Shown here piece after piece: positions 24,203 to 32,000 of a stretch of DNA of 32,000 nt. Numbering within the stretch: position 1 is the stretch's first letter; each line of letters opens with the position of its first letter. The stretch covers positions 1 through 32,000 of the forward strand of contig JAGGVU010000003.1 in NCBI GenBank assembly GCA_021157845.1. The letters are read 5' to 3'. The stretch is from Candidatus Aenigmatarchaeota archaeon. Lineage in GTDB: Archaea > Aenigmatarchaeota > Aenigmatarchaeia > GW2011-AR5 > JAGGXF01. The translations under genes were made by a program, and so were the position numbers. The notes beneath the pieces were generated by a model. The model was not told the DNA's origin and ran no database searches. It saw only the letters and a list, made by a program, of their open reading frames with translations.

Positions 24203-24283
24203 ATGGAGATGGTATGGTACTATTGGGCATTGATTATAATAATAATCTTAGTCATTCTCTATTTCGTAATGAAAAAGAAGTAA
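24203..24283 (+). CDS. Possible 26-aa single-TM micropeptide
   Basis: GGAGGTG Shine-Dalgarno element 5 nt upstream of the ATG. Product MEMVWYYWALIIIIILVILYFVMKKK*: a hydrophobic helix with a KKK anchor. Located about 100 nt upstream of the ABC operon. Confidence 0.35.
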   Translation: MEMVWYYWALIIIIILVILYFVMKKK

Positions 24284-24382
24284 GATTAATTTAACATTTT
24301 TTTAATTTTTTTATTTTTTATTTAATTTTCTTTCTATTCTGTAGTTTTTTAAGTTTTAAAAATTAAGTGGTAAAAGACTAAT

Positions 24383-25066
24383 ATGTCTAAAACTATTATT
24401 ACACTGAAAAATGTATCAAAAACCTATATGCTTGGTGAAATCCAGATACACGCACTTCAGAATATCAATTTTTCTATTTCTAAAAACGAGCTGATATCAA
24501 TAATGGGCCCATCTGGCTCTGGAAAAAGCACCTTGCTGGACATTATGGGACTTCTTACACGTCCAACCTCAGGTTCTGTTATAATTGAGGGAAAAAATAT
24601 TGAAACTATGAGCGATGATGAGATAGCAACAATAAGGCGAAAAAAGGTTGGCTTTGTTTTTCAGGTTTTTAATCTTATAGGAAGGATGACAGCTTTAGAA
24701 AATGTAATGCTTCCAATGTGGTTTAATGGTGTGCCAAAAGCAGAAAGGCGCGAGAGAGCAAAAACACTGCTTGAAGAAGTTGGTCTTGGCGAGAGGATAA
24801 AGCACAAGCCATCGCAATTATCAGGAGGCCAAAGACAGCGCGTCGCGATTGCCAGGGCATTGGCCAATAATCCAGACATAATTCTGGCAGATGAGCCAAC
24901 TGGAAACCTTGATTCAAGGTCAGGCAAAGAAATAATGGATTTGCTGAAAACGCTTCATAAAAAGGAGAATAAAACAATTATACTTGTGACACATGATGCA
25001 AAGATTGAAAAAATAGCAAAAACAAGATATAAGTTAATAGATGGCAAATTAAGCAGGAGGAGATAA
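24383..25066 (+). CDS. ABC transporter ATP-binding protein (MacB/LolD/SalX-like)
   Basis: 227 aa. Walker [11 protein letters not shown]-loop, signature [15 protein letters not shown], Walker [14 protein letters not shown]-loop VTHD. Confidence 0.95.
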   Translation: MSKTIITLKNVSKTYMLGEIQIHALQNINFSISKNELISIMGPSGSGKSTLLDIMGLLTRPTSGSVIIEGKNIETMSDDEIATIRRKKVGFVFQVFNLIGRMTALENVMLPMWFNGVPKAERRERAKTLLEEVGLGERIKHKPSQLSGGQRQRVAIARALANNPDIILADEPTGNLDSRSGKEIMDLLKTLHKKENKTIILVTHDAKIEKIAKTRYKLIDGKLSRRR

Positions 25067-25068
25067 AA

Positions 25069-25995
25069 ATGAATAAAAATTTGTATAAGATGGGAACTTT
25101 ATTTTTGGTATTAATGATGGCGTTGCCAGCATATGCTGTAACGCAAACCTACATTATAGATGATGTAGCTCTAAAGCTAAGTCAGACGAAATACGACCCA
25201 TATCCGATTGAGCCTGGCAAATACTTCACATTATGGCTAGAAATTGAGAACTACGGAACAAAGACAGCCAATAATGTTTCTATCAGGCTAGATCCGGAAT
25301 ATCCATTTTCCTTGGATCCAAATGAAGAGCAAATAAAAACATTTGCAAAAATACCCGGCCTCAATTCCGTGGTCGTTGAATATAAAGTAAGGGCTGATTC
25401 AAATGCTGTTGACGGTTACAATACATTAAAACTGAGTATAAAAACAGCTTCAAGTAGCTGGGCAACCAGAGAATTTGAATTATATATAAATAAAACACCA
25501 ACAGAAGCTGAATTGGAGCCTATACTTTCATCTGTTGAGCCATCTGCTTATCCGACTGGCGTTTCAATCATAGATATAGATATAGCTAATATTGCACCTG
25601 GTACAGCATATTATCTCCTTGTTGAAGCGTCAAGCCCTGTTGCTAAATTAGAGCCGGAAAAAACATTTATCGGGACTTTGGACGCAGATGACTTTGATAC
25701 AGTTGAGCTGACAGCAACTTTTGACAATGTAACACCAGGAAGATATCCGATAAACCTTGTGATGCGTTACAAAGACGATGAATATAATAAAATTACAGAA
25801 GAAAAGACAGTTTATATAAATCTCATATCAAAAGAAAAGGCACTTGAAAGCCTGAAAAAGAAAACTCCAACATACATGTATGTAATCTATGCGATTATCA
25901 TCATTTTGCTACTAAAGTTCTTTGTTATAAACTGGGTTAAGAAAACCTATGAATTTTTTTCCCAAAGAAAAACAAAAAAAGGTTATAAAAGATGA
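25069..25995 (+). CDS. Cell-surface beta-rich protein with signal peptide and C-terminal TM anchor (S-layer-domain/CARDB-like)
   Basis: 308 aa. N-terminal signal (LFLVLMMALPAYA), two repeated beta-rich modules, C-terminal TM (MYVIYAIIIILLLKFFVI) and a basic tail. Sits between the ABC ATPase and the FtsX permease, with a 4-nt overlap with the permease. Confidence 0.55.
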   Translation: MNKNLYKMGTLFLVLMMALPAYAVTQTYIIDDVALKLSQTKYDPYPIEPGKYFTLWLEIENYGTKTANNVSIRLDPEYPFSLDPNEEQIKTFAKIPGLNSVVVEYKVRADSNAVDGYNTLKLSIKTASSSWATREFELYINKTPTEAELEPILSSVEPSAYPTGVSIIDIDIANIAPGTAYYLLVEASSPVAKLEPEKTFIGTLDADDFDTVELTATFDNVTPGRYPINLVMRYKDDEYNKITEEKTVYINLISKEKALESLKKKTPTYMYVIYAIIIILLLKFFVINWVKKTYEFFSQRKTKKGYKR

Positions 25996-27212
25996 GTGAA
26001 CTGATAAATGTAGCCTTTAAAAATCTTAATCAGCAGAAGGCACGGACATTTCTGACATTACTGGGCATTATCATAGGGATAGCTGCCATAGTTGCTTTGG
26101 TTTCTGTGGGAGATGGGATGAAAGCATTTGTTAATGAACAGTTTGAGAAAATGGGAACAAATAAGATAATAATTATGCCAAGCGGCGGAGCTGGGCAAAT
26201 GTCGATGATAACAGGCATGATGTCTAGTGTAAAACTTAAGCAAGAAGATTTAAGGGCAGTCAGGGCTGTGAGAGGAGTTGATGAGGCAGCTGAACTGATA
26301 ATGAGGCTTGCAAAGGTTGAATTCAGGGGAGAGAGCCAGCTTACATTTGTTTCTGGATTTCCTGTTGACAAGACTGGTAAAATAATAGAGGATATGCAGT
26401 CATATGAAATAGCAGAAGGAAACGAGTTGAAAGAAGGGGACGATAATAAAGTAGTGATAGGCTATCTTGTTGCAAATGGTGGCCTTTTCTCAAGAGATGT
26501 TTCATTGAGAAATACGCTTACAATCAATGGCCACAAATTCAGGGTAGCAGGGATAATGAAAAAAATAGGCTCTAAAAGTGATGATGCATCAATATTAATG
26601 ACTCTTGATGCTGCGCGTAAGATTTTTAATGAGCCAGAAGATATTGATATGATATTTGCACAGACCAAACCAGGTTACAACCCCAGTGATGTTGCTGATG
26701 TTATAAAAAGACAACTAAGAAGGATAAAAAACGAGAAAGAGGGGGAGGAAAGTTTTCAATTGCGGACAACTGAACAGATAATGGAAAAAGCAAATAGTGT
26801 TCTGAGTGTTATAAATGCGATATTTATCGGTATTGCTGCTATTTCTCTGGTAGTTGGTGGTATTGGCATTATGAACACTATGCTCATGTCTGTGCTTGAG
26901 CGAACAAGGGAAATAGGCGTGATGAAGGCTATTGGTGCGACAAATAAAAGAATACTTTCCATATTTCTGGCAGAAGCCGCATTTATCGGAATGATTGGCG
27001 GTGCTGTCGGAATATTAATGGGTGGTTTGGTTTCTTACGGTGTTAGCCATGCTGTTGCTGTTTACACCGGTTTTCAGATGAAGACGGTTCTGTCTCCGCA
27101 GCTTTTAGTTGGTGCACTTTTGTTTTCAATGCTTGTTGGAGTTATCTCAGGTGTTTATCCGGCTATGCGCGCGGCCCGCATGGAACCGACGACTGCATTA
27201 AGGTATGAATAG
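25992..27212 (+). CDS. ABC transporter permease, FtsX/MacB family
   Basis: 406 aa. N-terminal TM, an extracytoplasmic MacB-like domain of about 230 aa, and a C-terminal FtsX module of three TM helices including VLERTREIGVMKAIGAT. Confidence 0.9.
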   Translation: MSELINVAFKNLNQQKARTFLTLLGIIIGIAAIVALVSVGDGMKAFVNEQFEKMGTNKIIIMPSGGAGQMSMITGMMSSVKLKQEDLRAVRAVRGVDEAAELIMRLAKVEFRGESQLTFVSGFPVDKTGKIIEDMQSYEIAEGNELKEGDDNKVVIGYLVANGGLFSRDVSLRNTLTINGHKFRVAGIMKKIGSKSDDASILMTLDAARKIFNEPEDIDMIFAQTKPGYNPSDVADVIKRQLRRIKNEKEGEESFQLRTTEQIMEKANSVLSVINAIFIGIAAISLVVGGIGIMNTMLMSVLERTREIGVMKAIGATNKRILSIFLAEAAFIGMIGGAVGILMGGLVSYGVSHAVAVYTGFQMKTVLSPQLLVGALLFSMLVGVISGVYPAMRAARMEPTTALRYE

Positions 27213-27404
27213 AATAATAATTTTAGAGTAAGTTTAATACTCATGTTAGTTATTGCAATATTAACTATTGATTATTAGATGGTTGAAGCTAGTTTTTATA
27301 GCTCAATCCAAGCATTTTAAAACGTTTAAAAGGCAACTAACTAATAATTTATCTATTGTCTGGGGTTAACTTAGGCAAAATAAACATAAAAGGAAGTTTG
27401 TAAA

Positions 27405-27602
27405 GTGAAAGGAAAAGTAAAGTGGTTTAATCCACGAAAAGGATTTGGCTTCATTGAAGGCGAAGATGGCACAGATTATTTTGTGCATCATAGCGCTCTG
27501 CCCGAAGAAACAATACTCAATGAAGGCGATAAGTTGTCCTTTGATCCTGTTGAGACTGAAAAAGGAAAACAGGCAAAGAATGTGAAGCTAGAAAAAGACT
27601 AA
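27405..27602 (+). CDS. csp: Cold-shock domain protein (CspA family)
   Basis: 65 aa, GTG start. GKVKWFNPRKGFGFI (RNP1) and DYFVHHSAL (RNP2). Confidence 0.9.
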   Translation: MKGKVKWFNPRKGFGFIEGEDGTDYFVHHSALPEETILNEGDKLSFDPVETEKGKQAKNVKLEKD

Positions 27603-27845
27603 ATAAACATCGCTTAGATGTAATTTAGTCTATAGTTTAGCCAATTAGTTTTTTTTATTTTTTTAATTCTTCTTCAACAAAAATCTCAATCGTCTTGGGA
27701 TAACCAGCCCTTTTTACAGTATTCATTGTGGATGTCGTGTAGTTTTCATCAACTTTCAGAGTAATATTTTTTCTGCCTTATGCCAATAAATATATAACAA
27801 ATTAAACATTTTAAATTATTTAGTAATATTTATATATTGATATTT

Positions 27846-28142
27846 ATGACTCAAGCCTCTAAAAAATTCCAACAATTAAAAAGAAAAATCCACGCATGGA
27901 AAGCTAGCGATAGGCTAAAAAGCAGTTTGTTTGATAACGTTAATAAACAAGCATATCCAAATTGTATCGGATTTTTCGACGACTGTCCTCCTCAAATAAA
28001 CGATCCGAATAACCCGCCTGACCAGTGCAAAACATGCCCGAAATACAGGGAAAGCAAGTATTTCAGACCTAAAAAGAGGGAGATACCAGAGTTTTTGAGG
28101 AAGAAAATAGAAAGAATTCATGAACGAAGGATGCATATATGA
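27846..28142 (+). CDS. Hypothetical protein with a 4-Cys motif and a basic C-terminus
   Basis: ATG at 27846 (the ORF opens at TTG 27837). PNCIGFFDDCPPQINDPNNPPDQCKTCPKY could bind metal. Confidence 0.45.
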   Translation: MTQASKKFQQLKRKIHAWKASDRLKSSLFDNVNKQAYPNCIGFFDDCPPQINDPNNPPDQCKTCPKYRESKYFRPKKREIPEFLRKKIERIHERRMHI

Positions 28143-28188
28143 ATTGCTTTATAAGTCAGAATAACTAAAAAATATTGAGGTGTTGTTT

Positions 28189-28701
28189 ATGGATGATAAT
28201 ATAAAAAGGAAAATTTTAGTCATTGATCTTAAAGAAATTAAAGAACATCTTAAAAATAATAATAAAAGAGGTATAAAGATCGTTGTTCCAAAGATTTTCT
28301 TTGGCGACTCGCTATTAGAAGGTATTTATTGGAAACATTCTGAAATGGGTAAACCAAATAAAGTCTGTAAATCTTCTGATTTTATTGATAAAAACTTACC
28401 TTGGTTTCCAGATGGTCCATTTGCCATATCTTTTGCAGACGAAAACGCCGAACAAGATACACATTCTCATGAAAAGCACTGGGAGATTTACTTTTCAGAA
28501 AAGGATTTTGGAGCTCATTACATAATCCAAACTAAAGAAGGCAATCATACAGTTCCGACCAAAGAAGGAGATATTAAACTTCCAAACGGCGGTGCAATTC
28601 TCTTTGGACCCGGAGTAATTCATAAAATGGAACTAAGTGGATTAACGATGGTTATTGAAGTACCTGCAGTATTCAATGATAAAAAGAAATTCGATCCTTA
28701 G
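28189..28701 (+). CDS. Cupin-like protein
   Basis: ATG 28189 is preceded by GAGGTG. DTHSHEKHWEIYFS and GGAILFGPGVIHKM resemble the two cupin motifs (HxH...E and G...P.G..H). Confidence 0.5.
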   Translation: MDDNIKRKILVIDLKEIKEHLKNNNKRGIKIVVPKIFFGDSLLEGIYWKHSEMGKPNKVCKSSDFIDKNLPWFPDGPFAISFADENAEQDTHSHEKHWEIYFSEKDFGAHYIIQTKEGNHTVPTKEGDIKLPNGGAILFGPGVIHKMELSGLTMVIEVPAVFNDKKKFDP

Positions 28702-28804
28702 GTTGAGTTGTCGTGAAAACATTAAAAATTAACTGAATTTTCAATTCTTTAATAAATTGGGGGCTTTCACTCATATTTTTAAATCTTATAGATAATTGTT
28801 TTTT

Positions 28805-29251
28805 ATGGAAATAAAAACTGCAACAATTGAAAATGCCAAAGAGGTATCCCGACTTCTGAATGAGGAATTTGGAAAGGATTATGAGCCAGAACACTTTACA
28901 GAAGAGTATGTAATTGATAAAATCAATGACGAGAAAAATGGCTTTTTGATTGCCATCGAAGACGGAAAAATAATCGGTGTGGTAAGGTATTCCATAATAG
29001 ATATTGATTTAGCAGAACTGAGAACACTTTCTGTTTCAGGCGAATTCAAAGACAAAGGCATTGGTGTAAAGCTTGTTGAAACTGCTTTGGAAGAGCTGAA
29101 ATCCAGAAATGTTCGTAAAGTTGTCGCAAGAACAAAGACAGAAAAAATACCAATGCACACGATGATAGAAGCTGGATTTTTACCAGAGGCATATCTGAAG
29201 GAACATTTCAGAAAAGGCGTGGATATAATTCAGTGGCGAAAGTTTTTATAA
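28805..29251 (+). CDS. GNAT-family N-acetyltransferase
   Basis: About 148 aa. LRTLSVSGEFKDKGIGVKLVETALEEL matches GNAT motif A (R/Q-x-x-G-x-G/A). Confidence 0.8.
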   Translation: MEIKTATIENAKEVSRLLNEEFGKDYEPEHFTEEYVIDKINDEKNGFLIAIEDGKIIGVVRYSIIDIDLAELRTLSVSGEFKDKGIGVKLVETALEELKSRNVRKVVARTKTEKIPMHTMIEAGFLPEAYLKEHFRKGVDIIQWRKFL

Positions 29252-29315
29252 AATTCGGGCGAGTCAGAAGGCAAAACCAGTGGTGGCTTGATTCGGGATA
29301 AAAGAAGGAGATGGG

Positions 29316-30314
29316 ATGAAGAAAAAATATGTGAAAAATTTGAAAAAAGCAAAAAATATAATTTTTATATTTGTAATCATCTTTCTCATATTCATATGGT
29401 ATTTTAATGGATATTTTTCTTCAGATCAATATTATGAAAATAAAACGCACTTAAATAAAAATGAGACGATAAAAGAAAATTTTTCTATAACAACTTCTTT
29501 ACCTATAAAAACAACCAGTACCACAACAGCTATAGTTAAAAAAGGAAGTAAAAAAATAGAAGCTTATTTTTGTGATGATAATGGAAATTGCTTGAAAAGG
29601 GGAAAAATTAGTTTGAATAAAAATTTTACAGACGATTTTGAAAATGAAAAATATATCTTAAGTTATGACATATTTTCTTTATTTAGTAAAGATTCTGGCA
29701 ATGATTTTTGTTTGACTGGGAATTTTAATATATGTTGGAATTTAACAGAAGAAGATTTTGATTATGAAAAAATAGAGTTTCAGATGGGATTTCCTTATTG
29801 GGATTACATAACACCAACAGAAGTTGAAAAATACTTAGAGAAAATAGGCTTCGAAAGCGGCACCAGGGACGAATTAGATAAAATAAAACATTATCTTGAA
29901 ACAAATATAAGATATAGGTTTGATTCTATAATGGGAACAGATTGGGATAAGCCAGCTAATACGCTAGATAAGGGATATGGGGACTGTGAAGATTGGGCAA
30001 CCACATTTGTTTCTTTAGCCAAAGCCTATAATAGAAGTATTAAATGTTACGTGGTATTATTTGAAAATCATGCAGGCTCTTTATGTAAAGTTGATAATAC
30101 AGTTATTATATATGATGATCAAATAGAAGTTCAAAGAACGATATTAGATACAAGAACTGTGAGTGAAAATAAGTCGGAACTAAGAAAACTAATATACTCT
30201 TATTTGGATTATTTTGATATTTCAAATAAGGATATTTATGCAGCCTTCAGTGAGAATTTTTGTAATTACTTTGATTCAAATGAAGATTTTTACAATTGGT
30301 TACTATATTTATAG
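29316..30314 (+). CDS. Membrane-anchored transglutaminase-like cysteine protease-fold protein
   Basis: 332 aa. N-terminal TM (IIFIFVIIFLIFIWYF). Putative Cys-His-Asp core: GYGDCEDWATTFVSLAKAYN ... NHAGSLCKV ... IIYDD. Confidence 0.6.
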   Translation: MKKKYVKNLKKAKNIIFIFVIIFLIFIWYFNGYFSSDQYYENKTHLNKNETIKENFSITTSLPIKTTSTTTAIVKKGSKKIEAYFCDDNGNCLKRGKISLNKNFTDDFENEKYILSYDIFSLFSKDSGNDFCLTGNFNICWNLTEEDFDYEKIEFQMGFPYWDYITPTEVEKYLEKIGFESGTRDELDKIKHYLETNIRYRFDSIMGTDWDKPANTLDKGYGDCEDWATTFVSLAKAYNRSIKCYVVLFENHAGSLCKVDNTVIIYDDQIEVQRTILDTRTVSENKSELRKLIYSYLDYFDISNKDIYAAFSENFCNYFDSNEDFYNWLLYL

Positions 30315-30443
30315 GTATTTATTGGTCTCCCAGCAAGAGATCTGCCGTGTTTAGGCAACAGAAGAACAGAACTAGTGTAGTATTGAAACAGTGACTGAAA
30401 CAGAAATTGCGAATAATTTTTCATATCATTTATATTGTCTCAA

Positions 30444-31261
30444 TCATTCCGACATTCGTGGAAATTTTACAATATATTGTCTGATTACTTCTTCAAAAAA
30501 GCTTAGACTGGAATTCCAGAGTTTTAAGACTTCGTCTTGATTCGTATATAAGTCGTCTAGTTTGGTTGGATGGTAGTATAAATCCTTTATTCTTTCCAGT
30601 GGTTCAATATCAACATCTGGAAAAAATTCACACATTTCTGTTAATGATGACAATTTATCTTTTCTTATTTTTCCATCAATTAAGGACAAAATTTCTTTTG
30701 ATCCGCGACTAACAGTATTAAGTGTTCCTAGAAATCCTTTCAGGAATTGTTCATAATCTTCTCGCTTATCGTACTCAGCAAATAATAATGCTTGTCTCGA
30801 TTTTCTTAGATTATGGCTTATTCTGCTTTCCTTTCCTGTTTTTTTATGTAAACAAACCATTTCATTTCTATAATCTTTTCCAAAAACAGTTTTTCCCTCG
30901 TCTTTAAAATATTCACAAAAGTCATCTGTAAATGAGTTAAATCTACCATCCAGCATTGTTGTTCTATCAAGCGGTGTAACTTGAAATATCTCTCGCATTG
31001 AATCATTTTTTCCTTGTAATGCTTTATACACAACAGTTGAAACTTCATGTAATAATTTTTTGTCAATTACAACATCGTCAGAAAAAATCAGGACAGAATC
31101 AAGATCACTTCTTCCAGCATGATAATACCCTCTTACATACGAGCCGTAAATCATCAGGCTTAAATTGTTGTCCCCAATTTTATTAACCCTTTAACTATTT
31201 TATTCATGAAATCCTGATAATTTTCTTTTGTTGGTCTTGGTTTATTGTATCCTAATACCAT
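30444..31261 (-). pseudogene. Nucleotidyltransferase (Pol-beta/MNT-KNTase-like) with an apparent N-terminal frameshift
   Basis: The main ORF 30444..31154 starts MIYGSYVRGYYHAGRSDLDSVLIF (GS-x-x-RG...D-x-D NTase motif) and has a helical C-terminal domain of about 150 aa. A 33-aa ORF (31160..31261, MVLGYNKPRPTKENYQDFMNKIVKGLIKLGTTI*) lies upstream in another frame. One extra A in the A4 run (plus-strand T4 at 31178-31181) would fuse them as ...KGLIKIGDNNLSLMIYGSYVRG. Confidence 0.55.
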
Positions 31262-31487
31262 ATTAATCAACAAAACTTGAAATTGCATAAATAGTAGCAT
31301 AATAATCTTTTAAAAGGTTTGATATTTTACGACTTATAAGTTATATATAATGAATATGCTAAACATTTCTTGATATTTCGGTAAATCCCGAAGCATCTCA
31401 AAGCATTTAAATCTTGCTAATATATTTCTAGTTATAACTAAAATCAAAGTTTTAATTGAAAATTATATCAAAAACTGAGGGATAACT

Positions 31488-31784
31488 ATGAATAATCCTC
31501 TTGTATCTAAATCAAAAATAAAAAAATATGTAGAAAATGGGTTATCATTTTTGCGGGATATTTTTACTGGTCACAAAGAAAAAAGCCTATATGAATTTGA
31601 AATTAAAAACGAAAGAGAAGTAAAGGATGCTTTAATTCTACTTGAAGACAGTATGTGGTGGATAAAGAATAAGGATCCGTATTTATATTGGGATGTAAAG
31701 TTGGAAATTATAGATCGTAAAGTAAGAGTTCGTGAAGATGGTGCTCTCTTATCTGATAAAATATATAGGGTAAAGTATCATTGA
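31488..31784 (+). CDS. Hypothetical protein
   Basis: 98-aa ORF preceded by GAGGGA 7 nt upstream. No recognised family. Confidence 0.45.
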   Translation: MNNPLVSKSKIKKYVENGLSFLRDIFTGHKEKSLYEFEIKNEREVKDALILLEDSMWWIKNKDPYLYWDVKLEIIDRKVRVREDGALLSDKIYRVKYH

Positions 31785-31907
31785 GAATGGTCGATGGTTG
31801 AAATATTTCTTGAGCGGGCAAACAACGAGATTTTAGCGGCCGGATCGCTAAAAAGATTATCCTTCTATTGTTCTTAGCTATTTATCGACCCAAAAGTATT
31901 TAAATCA

Positions 31908-31956
31908 CGATTGACATATTATTTAATAATATGTTCGTTACGACTGACATATTATT
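31908..31956. promoter_or_regulatory. Direct and inverted repeat set (candidate operator)
   Basis: acgaTtgacatattatt (31908-31924) and acgaCtgacatattatt (31940-31956) are direct repeats. acatattatt (31914-31923) is also followed after 1 nt by its reverse complement aataatatgt (31925-31934). Confidence 0.5.
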
Positions 31957-32000
31957 CTTAAATTGGTCATGTGATATGCTGCTAAAATACAAAATATGGT

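Noticed and set aside
27655-27780. Minus-strand short frame (...ITLKVDENYTTSTMNTVKRAGYPKTIEIFVEEELKK*) downstream of csp.
   Set aside because: Only 23 aa follow the sole ATG, with no SD element or motif. It is possibly a gene remnant but cannot be supported.
31794-31877. 27-aa ORF MVEIFLERANNEILAAGSLKRLSFYCS resembling the first helix of a HEPN domain (possible partner remnant for the nearby nucleotidyltransferase).
   Set aside because: It is far too short, lacks the R-x4-6-H motif, and is on the opposite strand about 600 nt from the NTase. The resemblance may be chance.

Overview
AT-rich (about one-third G+C by eye) archaeal chromosome segment. Archaeal origin is supported by an RFC small subunit, Pth2-type peptidyl-tRNA hydrolase, Fap7-type kinase, Ftr, and FlaJ/TadC-type pilus platform genes. 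The compact layout (many 1-4 nt gene overlaps), the many small lineage-specific ORFs, the surface/adhesion proteins and the sparse metabolism fit a small-genome, possibly DPANN-like archaeon; taxonomy cannot be fixed from this window alone. Contents in order: a hairpin-repeat cluster; Fap7-like kinase and a secreted transglutaminase-like protein (-); rfcS (+); tRNA-Met; six small hypothetical genes; tRNA-Thr; two more hypotheticals; a membrane-lipid/glycosylation cluster (two CDP-alcohol phosphatidyltransferases, a PHP phosphoesterase, a GT2); pth2; HAD hydrolase; an isolated ftr; a RelE/RHH toxin-antitoxin pair; a long minus-strand block (KaiC-like ATPase, split TadB/TadC-like platform, lipoprotein-like protein, PHP, processive GT2 synthase, thioredoxin-like protein, GT-C glycosyltransferase, prs); a Ca2+/cation antiporter; tRNA-Gly; an ABC ATPase / surface protein / FtsX permease operon; a cold-shock protein; and an accessory cluster (Cys-motif protein, cupin, GNAT, second transglutaminase-like protein, frameshifted nucleotidyltransferase). 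Most notable: (1) all three tRNA genes carry multiple introns (2, 2 and 3), several at non-canonical positions, and a tRNA-Thr intron and a tRNA-Gly intron at different positions share 31 of 33 nt, which suggests intron duplication or transposition; (2) two perfect hairpins at the window start recur as an inverted copy 21.5 kb away, and one copy carries a 75-nt insert bounded by ATATC repeats; (3) a tRNA-flanked island of unknown genes includes a tandem paralog pair; (4) PHP phosphoesterases sit beside lipid and glycan enzymes; (5) the pilus-like locus has a KaiC-like ATPase but no PilB/FlaI-type ATPase. No CRISPR array, rRNA, transposase or integrase is visible.
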